Shown here piece by piece: positions 1 to 8,457 of a stretch of DNA of 36,091 nucleotides. Origin of the DNA: Methanobacteriota archaeon. Lineage in GTDB: Archaea > Thermoplasmatota > Poseidoniia > Poseidoniales > Poseidoniaceae. The first letter of the stretch is position 1, and the number at the start of each line of letters is the position of its first letter. The stretch lies in contig JABGWN010000052.1 in NCBI GenBank assembly GCA_018645535.1, forward strand, positions 1-36,091. The letters are read 5' to 3'. The notes beneath the pieces are model-generated. The model made no database searches. It had not been told where the DNA came from and saw only the letters and a program-made list of their open reading frames with translations. Made by a program: the position numbers and the translations under genes.

Positions 1-804
1 GGACGATGTTGCTGAATATTCTGGGCGTAGAAAAGCGACATCGGCTGAAACTGGCTTATCAGAACTGTGGTGATCAATGATGATATGTGGGACACATTCC
101 TCAGGCAAGACATTGTTTGCACCAGGTTGGTGGAAATCAACAGTTACTATACAATCGGCTTCATTGAGAACATCATCCAGTTCCCAGTCGAGAATAATAC
201 GACGGAGAGGAATCTCAAGGAGACGAACCATTGCTTGATTTTGTTGATGTTCAATCAGACCACCATGGTAAATTGTTGGAATGTGATCTAGTGAGGAACA
301 CACTGCTTCCATTGCAAGTGCTGATGCTAAAGCATCTGGATCAGGATTGTCGTGACAAAAGATGGCAACTTTGGATTCTTTCGGTAATCCTTTGAGATAT
401 GTTTCAAGGACCTTTGCTCCAGCATGTCGTTCCCAAGCACGAATCTTTTCACGATAAGCAGCAGCAATAATTTCAGTTGTATCAATACCATCAACTGAAT
501 CATCAATGCCTTCTGCTTCAGTCGTGAGAAGAGGCACATCTGGCCATCGATCCCTAAGGGCGACCAAAGGTACAGAATCACTCAATACATTTGCATCGAC
601 AAGAATGACTGCCGTTGGATGATGCCCACTGTCTGGCAATTCAGTAGCTAGCATTGCAGATGGGAGTGGAAGTACTTCGCATTCCCCTACGTCCTCAACA
701 ATTCCCATCTTGTATGCAAGACCAACGATTCTCGTAAGACGTCTCCTAGAACACCAACGAGCCAACTCTATGGCAAGAGGACTGTGACCGATTACGAGGA
801 ACAT
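1..804 (-). CDS. DHH-family phosphoesterase (NrnA-like) with N-terminal Rossmann-like segment; C-terminus runs off the window
   Basis: Hand translation of the minus frame from ATG at 804 (MFLVIGHSPLAIELARW...) is open for all 268 codons to nt 1. DHH motifs seen: FCHDNPDPDALASA (motif I), TVDFH (motif II), IIIDHHSS (motif III). It is absent from the ORF track because no stop lies inside the window. Confidence 0.75.
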   Translation of the reverse strand, partial: MFLVIGHSPLAIELARWCSRRRLTRIVGLAYKMGIVEDVGECEVLPLPSAMLATELPDSGHHPTAVILVDANVLSDSVPLVALRDRWPDVPLLTTEAEGIDDSVDGIDTTEIIAAAYREKIRAWERHAGAKVLETYLKGLPKESKVAIFCHDNPDPDALASALAMEAVCSSLDHIPTIYHGGLIEHQQNQAMVRLLEIPLRRIILDWELDDVLNEADCIVTVDFHQPGANNVLPEECVPHIIIDHHSSDKPVSADVAFLRPEYSATSS

Positions 805-855
805 TAACGACTCTCCATACAACCAACTTGAGTTGATTTGCTTGAATCCTTACAC

Positions 856-1428
856 TCAAAAAGAGATTTGGACGTTCTCTCGCTCGATTCCTTTCACTTC
901 GAAAAGGTCTCTGCGTACGCATCCTTTCATTCCAGCAACGATGTTCGTAGGAATCATCTGAATAGCAGCATTGAAGTTTGTAGCAGATGCATTGTAGAAT
1001 TCTCTTCGATCAGCGACTTGGTTTTCAAGAGCGACAAGTTGTCTCTGAAGATCAAGGAAGTTTTCATTTGCTTTCAAGTCAGGATATTGCTCAGCGACCA
1101 TGTTGATTCGTGGGATAAGCCCAGCAAGTGTGCTTTCTGCAGCACCAACGCCTTTGATGTCACCTTGAGCTAATGCACCAGCTGCTGCTTGTCTTGCCAC
1201 AGCAAAGGCATCAAAAATTTCTTTTTCATGTGCTGCATATCCTTTAACAGTTGCAAGAAGGTTTGGGATCATATCATATCGTTGCTTGAGCAATACATCG
1301 ATATCTGCCCATGATTTGTTGACATTTTCTTCAAGACGTACCAATCGATTCCATGTTGAAAAGAACCAAATCACAAACACAAGAAGGACAAATCCTCCAA
1401 CAACTAAACCGATTATCATTGCAGACAT
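856..1428 (-). CDS. lemA: LemA family membrane protein
   Basis: There is an N-terminal TM helix (MSAMIIGLVVGGFVLLVFVIWFF), then a typical LemA core (WNRLVRLEENVNKSWADIDVLLKQRYDMIPNL...AEQYPDLKANENFLDLQ..L...EN.....R..YN). The start is placed at the internal ATG 1428; the track start at 1608 would overlap the divergent gene. ATG 1452 is an alternative. Confidence 0.8.
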   Translation of the reverse strand: MSAMIIGLVVGGFVLLVFVIWFFSTWNRLVRLEENVNKSWADIDVLLKQRYDMIPNLLATVKGYAAHEKEIFDAFAVARQAAAGALAQGDIKGVGAAESTLAGLIPRINMVAEQYPDLKANENFLDLQRQLVALENQVADRREFYNASATNFNAAIQMIPTNIVAGMKGCVRRDLFEVKGIERENVQISF

Positions 1429-1454
1429 GGTCTTTGCACAGGCGCAAACCATAT

Positions 1455-1472
1455 CAAAGTATAGCAATATTC
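1455..1472. promoter_or_regulatory. Candidate shared AT-rich TATA-like element in the divergent intergenic region (LemA / TauE genes)
   Basis: AAAGTATAGCAATATT lies about 20-27 nt upstream of ATG 1485 (+). Its complement lies about 27-34 nt upstream of ATG 1428 (-). The spacing fits leaderless or short-leader archaeal promoters, but the match to the TTTAWATA consensus is only approximate. Confidence 0.25.
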
Positions 1473-1484
1473 CGCTGATATGAT

Positions 1485-2309
1485 ATGCCGAAACAATATC
1501 CAACAAGCATGGACGCATTGACCATAGCCCTTGTGTTGGTTGGCAGTGCGTCCATTGGGTTCTTATTTGCTCCATTGGGATTAGGTGGAGGGCTACTTTT
1601 CGCCCCACTTCTTCACTATGGTGCTGGATGGGAAATTGATGGAGCGTTACTCATCGTTTCACTGGGCTTATCGGGAACTGTTGCGTATGGATCTGGATTA
1701 CGTCATCGAAAAGAGGGTTTTTATTCCGACCTTCGCCTCAAAGAAGGCCTATTTGGAGCGATTCCTGGAGCGATATTAGGCGTCGCCATAGTGGCATCCT
1801 TAAGCGGCTCATTTGACGCCCTATTCAAGACCCTAAGCCTTATTTTTGTTACGTGGGCAATCATCAAAACCCTACGCAGTGGCAGTAAAAAGGATTCAAT
1901 AGAAGAGAATCCATCAAAAACACCCTTGCGCATAGGTGTTGGAATAGGAGGGATGTTGTCATCTGTTCTTGCAATAGGAGCGGGCGCAATATACGTACCA
2001 GTACTCAGAGCATATGGCTCCCTTCCATCCCGAACAGCTATTGGAACCAGCCTTCACTTTATGATGTGCGTAATACCTCTCTCAATCATCGCTCATTTAT
2101 TCGCTCTGAAACAGGGTCAATGGGATGTTCTTGAATCAAATATTATCCTAATTCTCATATTACCATTTGTGGTAATCATTGCGGCTAATACTGGAGCACG
2201 TGTCGGAATCGCCAAAGTTTCAGAACAAAGAATTATGCAAGTCTTCGTTGCAATCCTCATCATTATAGGAATACGGTATTCTATCGATCTCACGAACCGT
2301 TTATTCTAA
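1485..2309 (+). CDS. TauE/SafE (TSUP) family anion/sulfite exporter-like permease
   Basis: 274-aa multi-pass membrane protein with the N-terminal FAPLGLGGGLLFAPLL glycine motif and internal duplication typical of DUF81/TauE proteins. Confidence 0.7.
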   Translation: MPKQYPTSMDALTIALVLVGSASIGFLFAPLGLGGGLLFAPLLHYGAGWEIDGALLIVSLGLSGTVAYGSGLRHRKEGFYSDLRLKEGLFGAIPGAILGVAIVASLSGSFDALFKTLSLIFVTWAIIKTLRSGSKKDSIEENPSKTPLRIGVGIGGMLSSVLAIGAGAIYVPVLRAYGSLPSRTAIGTSLHFMMCVIPLSIIAHLFALKQGQWDVLESNIILILILPFVVIIAANTGARVGIAKVSEQRIMQVFVAILIIIGIRYSIDLTNRLF

Positions 2310-3067
2310 GAGAATATTGCTTGATTAATTTCATCCCGAGTGACGGTACAGAACTCTCCATCATCAAGGTTAAAATCGTCCAACTGCATACCTTCAGTAC
2401 CAAGGCGATGTAATTGAGTGACATGGTTATCAAGTGAAGTGAACATTCTTCGAATCTGACGTTTCTTGCCTTCATCAATGGTGAGAATTGCGCATGATCT
2501 GTGTTCCAGTTCAATGATTGCTGGACGAGTTCTAAACATTTCACGAGAACCGTATTCTACAACAGATACAGATACCCCTTTTCGTATTGATTCGAGTTGT
2601 CGTTCTGTAATTTTCGATTCTGTTTCAACCCGATATGTCTTCCTTATTTTCTTATCAGGATCTGTTATGGAATGGACTAACTTTCCATCAGTTGTAACCA
2701 AAAGAAACCCTGTTGTCTCTTCATCTAGCCTTCCAACGGTGACCAGCGTTTCATAGACAGATGGCTCTACTGCATCTCGAAAGAGTTCATACACAGAAGT
2801 CTTGTTGAGTTCAAGTTCCTGTGAATTTAATCGGGAACAGATATATCCTGCAGGCTTGTTGAGGAGAAAATACAAATCATTCGAGGGCAGGATTAATTCA
2901 ACACCTCTGTATTTGACTGTACGTTTAGCTGGCTTGAATTCGTAAGCAATATTCTTGATGACTGAATCATTGACTGTTACATCTCCATCCCAAATGGCTT
3001 TTTTGACATCCCCTTTGGATGAAAACTCTCCACATTTGGAGAGAAACTGATGGAGTCTAATCTTCAT
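2306..3067 (-). CDS. RsuA/RluB-family (S4-domain) pseudouridine synthase
   Basis: N-terminal S4-like segment (MKIRLHQFLSKCGEFSSKGDVKKAIWDGDVTVN), then YFLLNKPAGYICS and the catalytic motif VGRLDEETTGFLLVTTDGKLVH, then KTYRV. ATG at 3067. Confidence 0.8.
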   Translation of the reverse strand: MKIRLHQFLSKCGEFSSKGDVKKAIWDGDVTVNDSVIKNIAYEFKPAKRTVKYRGVELILPSNDLYFLLNKPAGYICSRLNSQELELNKTSVYELFRDAVEPSVYETLVTVGRLDEETTGFLLVTTDGKLVHSITDPDKKIRKTYRVETESKITERQLESIRKGVSVSVVEYGSREMFRTRPAIIELEHRSCAILTIDEGKKRQIRRMFTSLDNHVTQLHRLGTEGMQLDDFNLDDGEFCTVTRDEINQAIFS

Positions 3068-3139
3068 TAAACAGCCGTGAACTTCGTTTGTTCATAGCAG
3101 TTCCTCTACGAAAGGTGAGTACATACCCTTCATCAAATC

Positions 3140-4663
3140 TTAACTTGAACAAGATAACATCGAGCAGCCTACTTTATGACGAGCCCATTCTGGTCGTTTT
3201 TGGAACCACTTCTCTTCAAACTCGACTTGCTCATCGTATGGATTTTTGAGTAATGTATAGAGTTCCTCACAAATAGAAACATCTCCAGATTCTGCTGCAT
3301 CGATGGCTAACTGTGCCATCCAGTTTCTCAGAACATACTTGGGATTAGAAGAACGCATCGCATCTTTATTAGGATCTGAATTGACCCTCTCCCACCATAA
3401 AGAAAGCCACACATTCCATTCGTCTGTAGGGATAGTATCTGTATCATAAAAGGCATCAGACAACAAAAGAACTTCGGGTTCTTGAATCGAGGAGAGCAAT
3501 CGGAAAAACAACGTCATGTCTGTTTCGACACGTTGAAGCAATTCGTTGAGATCTCGAATTAATGATTCATCATCATTTCTAAATTCGTCTAAACCAAGTT
3601 TTGATGCCCACATTTCATTTTGATGCGCTGAATATGCCTCTGTATACCCTTCAAGTACATTATGCAATAATTCTGGTTCATCCATGAGGGGGACCATGGC
3701 TTCAAGCAAACGAGCAACATTCCATGCACCAATTTGTGGTTGTTGCCCATATCGATAGCGGCGAGTACGCAAATCCGTTGTATTCGGCGTCCATCCCGGA
3801 TTGTAATCTTCTAGCCAACCATATGGACCATAATCGATTGTAAGGCCATGAATGGACATATTGTCAGTATTCATAACGCCATGAACAAACCCAACCCTCA
3901 TCCAGTGAGAAATCATCAAAGCAGTTTGTTCTGCAACATGACTCAACCATTTCACACGTCCTGCATCATTCGTTACATCATGACCTGAGAAATGATGTTT
4001 CACTGTATGTTCAAGTAGGGATTTGAGCGTAGGAATATCACCCATGGCTGAATGGATTTGAAAACTTCCAAAGCGAATGAAACTTGGAGCAACTCTGCAA
4101 ACAACTGCTCCCTGTTCGTGTGCTTGATTACCGTCATACATCATATCTCGTAGAACCATTTCCCCTGTTGAGACCAATGAAAGTGCTCGTGTAGTTGGAA
4201 CGCCGAGATGATGCATTGCTTCACTGCATAAGAATTCTCGAATAGAGGATCGCAAGACGGCTTTTCCATCTGCAAATCGAGAATATGGAGTCGATCCTGC
4301 TCCTTTCAATTGTAATTCTAGAACTTCATTGGGTAATTGCACTTCACCAAGGGTAATTGCTCTCCCGTCACCAAGTTGTCCAGCCCAATTACCGAATTGA
4401 TGGCCGCCGTAGCGTTGTGCATAGGGATCCATTCCATCCACGACTTTCCCTCCACCAAGAACGATCTGATCCAACGTATCAAGACCCAATTGAGTTGCCA
4501 TTACAGACGACGAGAGCAAGAGTTCAGGATTTGGAGCCGGAGTAGGTTCTACTCGAGACCAACAGGCTTGTGGAACTTGCCGTGCACGTCCACCAATTTC
4601 GGAATCCCCTGGTGTTTCATCGAGAAAACGACGAACCCATGTTAGTGATTCAAGGGTGCCCAT
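3140..4663 (-). CDS. selO: SelO/YdiU-family protein adenylyltransferase (AMPylase, UPF0061)
   Basis: YAQRYGGHQFGNWAGQLGDGRAITLGEV, LQLKGAGSTPYSR, DGKAVLRSSIREFLCSEAMHHLGVPTTRALSLV and FVHGVMNTDNMSI.GLTIDYGPYGW are hallmark SelO blocks. It ends ...CSMLSCSS. Confidence 0.85.
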   Translation of the reverse strand: MGTLESLTWVRRFLDETPGDSEIGGRARQVPQACWSRVEPTPAPNPELLLSSSVMATQLGLDTLDQIVLGGGKVVDGMDPYAQRYGGHQFGNWAGQLGDGRAITLGEVQLPNEVLELQLKGAGSTPYSRFADGKAVLRSSIREFLCSEAMHHLGVPTTRALSLVSTGEMVLRDMMYDGNQAHEQGAVVCRVAPSFIRFGSFQIHSAMGDIPTLKSLLEHTVKHHFSGHDVTNDAGRVKWLSHVAEQTALMISHWMRVGFVHGVMNTDNMSIHGLTIDYGPYGWLEDYNPGWTPNTTDLRTRRYRYGQQPQIGAWNVARLLEAMVPLMDEPELLHNVLEGYTEAYSAHQNEMWASKLGLDEFRNDDESLIRDLNELLQRVETDMTLFFRLLSSIQEPEVLLLSDAFYDTDTIPTDEWNVWLSLWWERVNSDPNKDAMRSSNPKYVLRNWMAQLAIDAAESGDVSICEELYTLLKNPYDEQVEFEEKWFQKRPEWARHKVGCSMLSCSS

Positions 4664-4713
4664 GGTTGACTGACCGATGGTCGAGATTTGAATGTGTCAC
4701 TCCAACCAGAAGG

Positions 4714-7700
4714 TCAAGCTTGGAATCCAGGGAAGTACTGTGCAGTATAACTTGCAGCAGATTCTGAAGGATATCCTTGAGCAATTAGTCCGTTGTAGTA
4801 TTCTCTCGCTGGATCAGGTTGAGCCACAGGTGGTGCAACAGCAGCCTGAGCATAGGTTTGAGTTGGAATCGGTTGAATATACGGATTCTGTTGGGCAGCA
4901 GGCATTACCACTTGTTGTTGCATGGGTTGATGCATAGTAACATCTGGAATTTGTTTCACCATCGGATCTCCTTTTCGAGTCATCATGAAACCAGTTCCTG
5001 CCAAAATCACAACAACAAGCCCATAGACGATGAGCATGAGAGGGCTGACGAAGAAGTTCTCTTCGTCTGATTCAACTGGTTCTGGTTCAACGAACACATG
5101 TGTAAACGGATCCTCTGGATACGCATCAGCTCCATCAGCAAGTGTCCAGTTTCCATCTGGGTCTGAATAACCATCTCGATCTGTATCAGGGCATCCAAAT
5201 CGATCTGATTCAGAGAATCCAGAGACATTCGGGCAGCTATCGCCTTCAAATCCAGTAAGTTCATCCCCATACCCATCACCATCGGTATCAAACCATTGTG
5301 TGGATTCAAGTCTAAACTCATCTGCACCGTTTACAACGGTCCATGAGAGTTCAGGGTCTGAGCGACCATCACCATCGGTATCGGTACAACCTAAGCGATC
5401 GATGGTTGAATTTCCAGCTATGTTTACGCAACCATCTGGATTGACACCAGATTGATTGTCTCCATAGCCGTCACCATCAACATCGACCCATTGTGTTGCT
5501 TCTCCAGGGAATGCATCTTGCACATCCCACCATCCGTCACCATCTGAGTCGGGACAGCCAAGAATTCCATTTTGCCAACTTGCACCAGGTTGCATAGGAC
5601 ATGCATCCTGATCGGTTGCACCTGAGATGAGTGCACCAACCCAGTTCTCAGGTCGGTCGAACCAAGTTCCGTTCGCATAATTGTCACCAAAGCCATCCTC
5701 ATCGAAGTCTGACCATTGTGTGGCGTCACTTGGGAAGGCGTCTGCTCCACTGTCAACTCCCCATCCTTCAGTAGGAGTTGAAAGCCCATCACCATCGGCA
5801 TCAACGCAACCAAATCGATCTACAGTAGAGGTTCCTGGAGTATCTGGGCAAGCATCAGCAGGGGTGCTGCCGAGGTTATCCCCGTAGCCATCGTCATCAG
5901 AATCACTCCAAACGGTCGGGTCTGTAGGTAGATCATCGATGGTGTCTGCCCATCCGTCACCATCACCATCTGGACAGGCATTAAGGCCGCCTGCAGTGGA
6001 GTTACCTGCTTGATTCGGACAGTCATCCATTGTATCTGACCACATGTCGCCATCAGAGTCAAGACATCCTTCTGTACCTAGGGTGGAAGTTCCAATCACT
6101 GTTGGACAATCATCAGCAGCATCCTCAAATCCGTCGCCATCATCGTCTGTATCTTCATCAGAATCTCGGCAGCCATCGCCGTCAATATCTGTTGCTGAAT
6201 CTGAAACCCATGTTGGGCGAGGTGGAGAAAAACTTGTTCTTGGACACGTATCGTCTCCATCGACAACTCCGTCATTATCGTCATCATTATCTTCATTGGA
6301 ATCGTCTTTACATCCATCATTATCCCAATCTGTTGAGGAAGCTGGGTCATTGAAATCACGGGAACTGGTCCAATTGAATTCACCACCACGAGGACAATTA
6401 TCTGGGAAGTTATCAGTCAGTCCATCGTTGTCATCATCTGAATCACAAGCATCACCTTGCGAATCACCATCAGTATTTGCTTGATTTGAATTCGGAACTG
6501 TTGGACAATTATCTGGGGCTGAGTCTAGGACACCATCCCCATCAGTATCTTTGAGAGAAGAAGGATCAAAAACCCAAGCATAAAGATCATAGTTACCTCC
6601 AGATGAAATCTGTTTGCCTTTGTGTGTCATAGAACCTGTGAACGCCCCTGCCAATCCAATATAATCCGAATTGTTCAATGACATAGAGAATACGTAGTCG
6701 TATCCAGAACCACCAATTCGTTCAATCCAATCCACAGCACCATTTGGAGATAGGCCAACTGCGAATCCATCATGATTTTGATTAGAAAGGGATTTCGAAC
6801 CAGCATAAAATGTGGCAGTAAGGAAACCTCCAAAGACAACTCCACCATTGGAAGTAACTGCCATTCCTTGCGGTTGATCTGTTGAACTCGTACCTGAAAC
6901 CATAGCCCAACTGTTTGCTTGATTTGTGGCACTTTTAGCTACAAAAATATCATTTCCACCGTAAGCAGCAGTCGCTGTCCAACCACCGCTTGATAGAGTC
7001 CCTCCAAAGGTTCCTGAAAGATAGGTATCACCGCTTCCGCTGACTCTTATCTGCAAGACAAGTGTTTCTTGATTGGATGTACCCATTGCAGTTGTTCCCA
7101 AAACAGCAGCATTCGCATCAATTTCTACAATAACTGCATCAGCTGTTCCTATTGCAATGTGGGTATTTGAGCCCCATTGAGAGATACCATTGGTTGCCGT
7201 TGATATTTTGACACCGTTTGATGGAGTAATCGCCATATCGAAAACGCTGTCTGTACCAATGCCACCACCGTAGATGACCCAACTAAGTGTTCCTTGGTTT
7301 CCATCATACTTTGCAACATAGATGTCTTGGCTCGTGGCGTTAAGACTCATACCACCAAAATCAGTTTCTCCTTGGAATGTACCAGTTACGAATAAATCTC
7401 CCATCATATCAACTTGCATAGCAGTTGTACGACTGTTTTCTCCTGTTCCGTTAACTAAGGTAGTGAAGCCTTTCGCCCACATCCAGTTGCCGGTTGGATC
7501 CGCTTTTGCAATGAATCCTTCTAGATGGAAACCTGAATTTGTGTTGGATATGAGCGTATTAGGATTAGGAGGGCCAAAGGCAATTTCACCGTAAAAGTAT
7601 CCGGAAACAAATATTTCACCTGCCATTCCGATTGTAATATCCGATATGAAAGAAAGTCCACCGCTTCCGTAATTATGATCAGCACCTACAAGATTTGACC

Positions 7701-8061
7701 AAACACCTTGATCGTCCATGATGCCAAGGAAAAACTCCCCAAGTCCATTGTTTTGGCGATAAGGGGAAGTTGGTGCTAGTGTTTTTGTCCCATATGAGAG
7801 GGTTGAATTGAATTCAGAGCCAACAACCCATCCACCGTTGGGCAGAGCTTCGATATGATCTCCAAACTCGTTATTTGCACCAACACCAGATGTGAGAATA
7901 GATGCACTTGAGGAACGAGCAGAAGTGAGCAGAGGTTCATTGAAACTCATATCTTCTTCTGGTAATAGTTCAGAAGGAACTGGTTGCGGCATTGCAAGAA
8001 GCGATGTCAGCATTAAAGCTGTCAGAATTAGGGCAGTTACTGCATTCATATGCGTGCGCAT
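4714..8061 (-). CDS. Large cell-surface protein: signal peptide, beta-propeller-like repeats, thrombospondin type-3 / Asp-rich Ca-binding repeats, C-terminal TM anchor, P/Q-rich cytoplasmic tail
   Basis: 1115-aa uninterrupted ORF. N-terminal hydrophobic leader (AVTALILTALMLTSLLA). Repeated G(D/E).FV(S/T)G.F.G...FGG units in residues ~60-500. Classical TSP3 pattern DTDGDGVLDSAPDNCPTVPNSNQANTDGDSQGDACDSDDDNDG. TM helix FFVSPLMLIVYGLVVVILAGTGFMM at residues ~1003-1026. Confidence 0.8.
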   Translation of the reverse strand: MRTHMNAVTALILTALMLTSLLAMPQPVPSELLPEEDMSFNEPLLTSARSSSASILTSGVGANNEFGDHIEALPNGGWVVGSEFNSTLSYGTKTLAPTSPYRQNNGLGEFFLGIMDDQGVWSNLVGADHNYGSGGLSFISDITIGMAGEIFVSGYFYGEIAFGPPNPNTLISNTNSGFHLEGFIAKADPTGNWMWAKGFTTLVNGTGENSRTTAMQVDMMGDLFVTGTFQGETDFGGMSLNATSQDIYVAKYDGNQGTLSWVIYGGGIGTDSVFDMAITPSNGVKISTATNGISQWGSNTHIAIGTADAVIVEIDANAAVLGTTAMGTSNQETLVLQIRVSGSGDTYLSGTFGGTLSSGGWTATAAYGGNDIFVAKSATNQANSWAMVSGTSSTDQPQGMAVTSNGGVVFGGFLTATFYAGSKSLSNQNHDGFAVGLSPNGAVDWIERIGGSGYDYVFSMSLNNSDYIGLAGAFTGSMTHKGKQISSGGNYDLYAWVFDPSSLKDTDGDGVLDSAPDNCPTVPNSNQANTDGDSQGDACDSDDDNDGLTDNFPDNCPRGGEFNWTSSRDFNDPASSTDWDNDGCKDDSNEDNDDDNDGVVDGDDTCPRTSFSPPRPTWVSDSATDIDGDGCRDSDEDTDDDGDGFEDAADDCPTVIGTSTLGTEGCLDSDGDMWSDTMDDCPNQAGNSTAGGLNACPDGDGDGWADTIDDLPTDPTVWSDSDDDGYGDNLGSTPADACPDTPGTSTVDRFGCVDADGDGLSTPTEGWGVDSGADAFPSDATQWSDFDEDGFGDNYANGTWFDRPENWVGALISGATDQDACPMQPGASWQNGILGCPDSDGDGWWDVQDAFPGEATQWVDVDGDGYGDNQSGVNPDGCVNIAGNSTIDRLGCTDTDGDGRSDPELSWTVVNGADEFRLESTQWFDTDGDGYGDELTGFEGDSCPNVSGFSESDRFGCPDTDRDGYSDPDGNWTLADGADAYPEDPFTHVFVEPEPVESDEENFFVSPLMLIVYGLVVVILAGTGFMMTRKGDPMVKQIPDVTMHQPMQQQVVMPAAQQNPYIQPIPTQTYAQAAVAPPVAQPDPAREYYNGLIAQGYPSESAASYTAQYFPGFQA
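5107..6549 (-). repeat. Coding tandem-repeat region: Asp-rich DxDxDG (TSP3-like) units with a higher-order ~65-75-aa period
   Basis: Recurrent blocks DR(F/L)GC.D.DGDG (residues ~748, 888, 953; a related GILGCPDSDGDG block lies at ~832), (A/E)F....(A/S)TQW.D.D.DG(Y/F)GD(N/E) (TQW at ~781, 856, 921) and NCP/CP motifs. At DNA level it is GAY-rich and imperfect. Confidence 0.7.
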
Positions 8062-8097
8062 GATTGAGCCATGTGCTTAACAGACATCAAGCCTTTC

Positions 8098-8116
8098 ATT
8101 TGTCGAGTAGACAAAT
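8098..8116 (-). terminator. Inverted repeat (7-bp stem, 5-nt loop) abutting the rpl30e stop codon; possible operon-end hairpin
   Basis: The plus strand reads ATTTGTC-GAGTA-GACAAAT at 8098-8116. No oligo-T tract follows on the minus strand, so a terminator function is uncertain. Confidence 0.2.
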
Positions 8117-8415
8117 CAGGACATATTGTCATCGAGTTGAAGCAACTCACTATCGCCTGCATCGAGAACGCAGAGTGTTGAGATACTGAATGGCTTACCG
8201 CAAGCGACACCAAGGTCACGGTTGACAATGTGTGCTTGATGCACAGTTACTTCAGGGTGTTTTGCCCGAAGGTCGTCGATGTACTCTGTTGGGCAATTAG
8301 CGGCTATGACCACCAATCTTGCATCCCCTCGAGCACAAGCAGCGAGAGTTTGTCGTTGTCCAAATAGTAGGCTACCAGTTGTAATTGCTGTTTTTAATTG
8401 TCGGCTTAGATCCAT
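8116..8415 (-). CDS. rpl30e: 50S ribosomal protein L30e
   Basis: MDLSRQLKTAITTGSLLFGQRQTLAACARGDARLVVIAANCP...VACGKPF.IS.L.V.D.G.S matches the L30e/L7Ae-fold pattern. It sits in the canonical position after rpoA2. ATG 8415 is preceded by GGAGG 7 nt upstream, and the track start at 8436 contains that SD. Confidence 0.85.
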   Translation of the reverse strand: MDLSRQLKTAITTGSLLFGQRQTLAACARGDARLVVIAANCPTEYIDDLRAKHPEVTVHQAHIVNRDLGVACGKPFSISTLCVLDAGDSELLQLDDNMS

Positions 8416-8457
8416 TTTACTTCCTCCATTCTCCACATGTGTTTCTCATGGTTGAAA

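Noticed and set aside
67-581. Track ORFs 67..291 (+) and 327..581 (-)
   Set aside because: Both lie inside, and out of frame with, the 268-codon open minus-strand frame (1..804) that carries clear DHH-family motifs. They have no recognisable features of their own.
1429-1608. Long 250-aa version of the LemA ORF starting at 1608
   Set aside because: The extra 60 N-terminal residues are non-LemA-like and would overlap the divergent TauE-like gene by >120 nt. LemA proteins begin with the TM helix, which starts right after ATG 1428.
5007-6484. Met-, Ile- or Ser-rich ORFs in alternative frames or antisense to the surface-protein gene (5007..5327, 5424..5813, 5820..6062, 6096..6389 on the minus strand; 6030..6353 and 6044..6484 on the plus strand)
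   Set aside because: Their extreme low-complexity composition is the expected out-of-frame reading of GAY/GGN-rich TSP3 repeat codons. The in-frame 1115-aa ORF explains the region.
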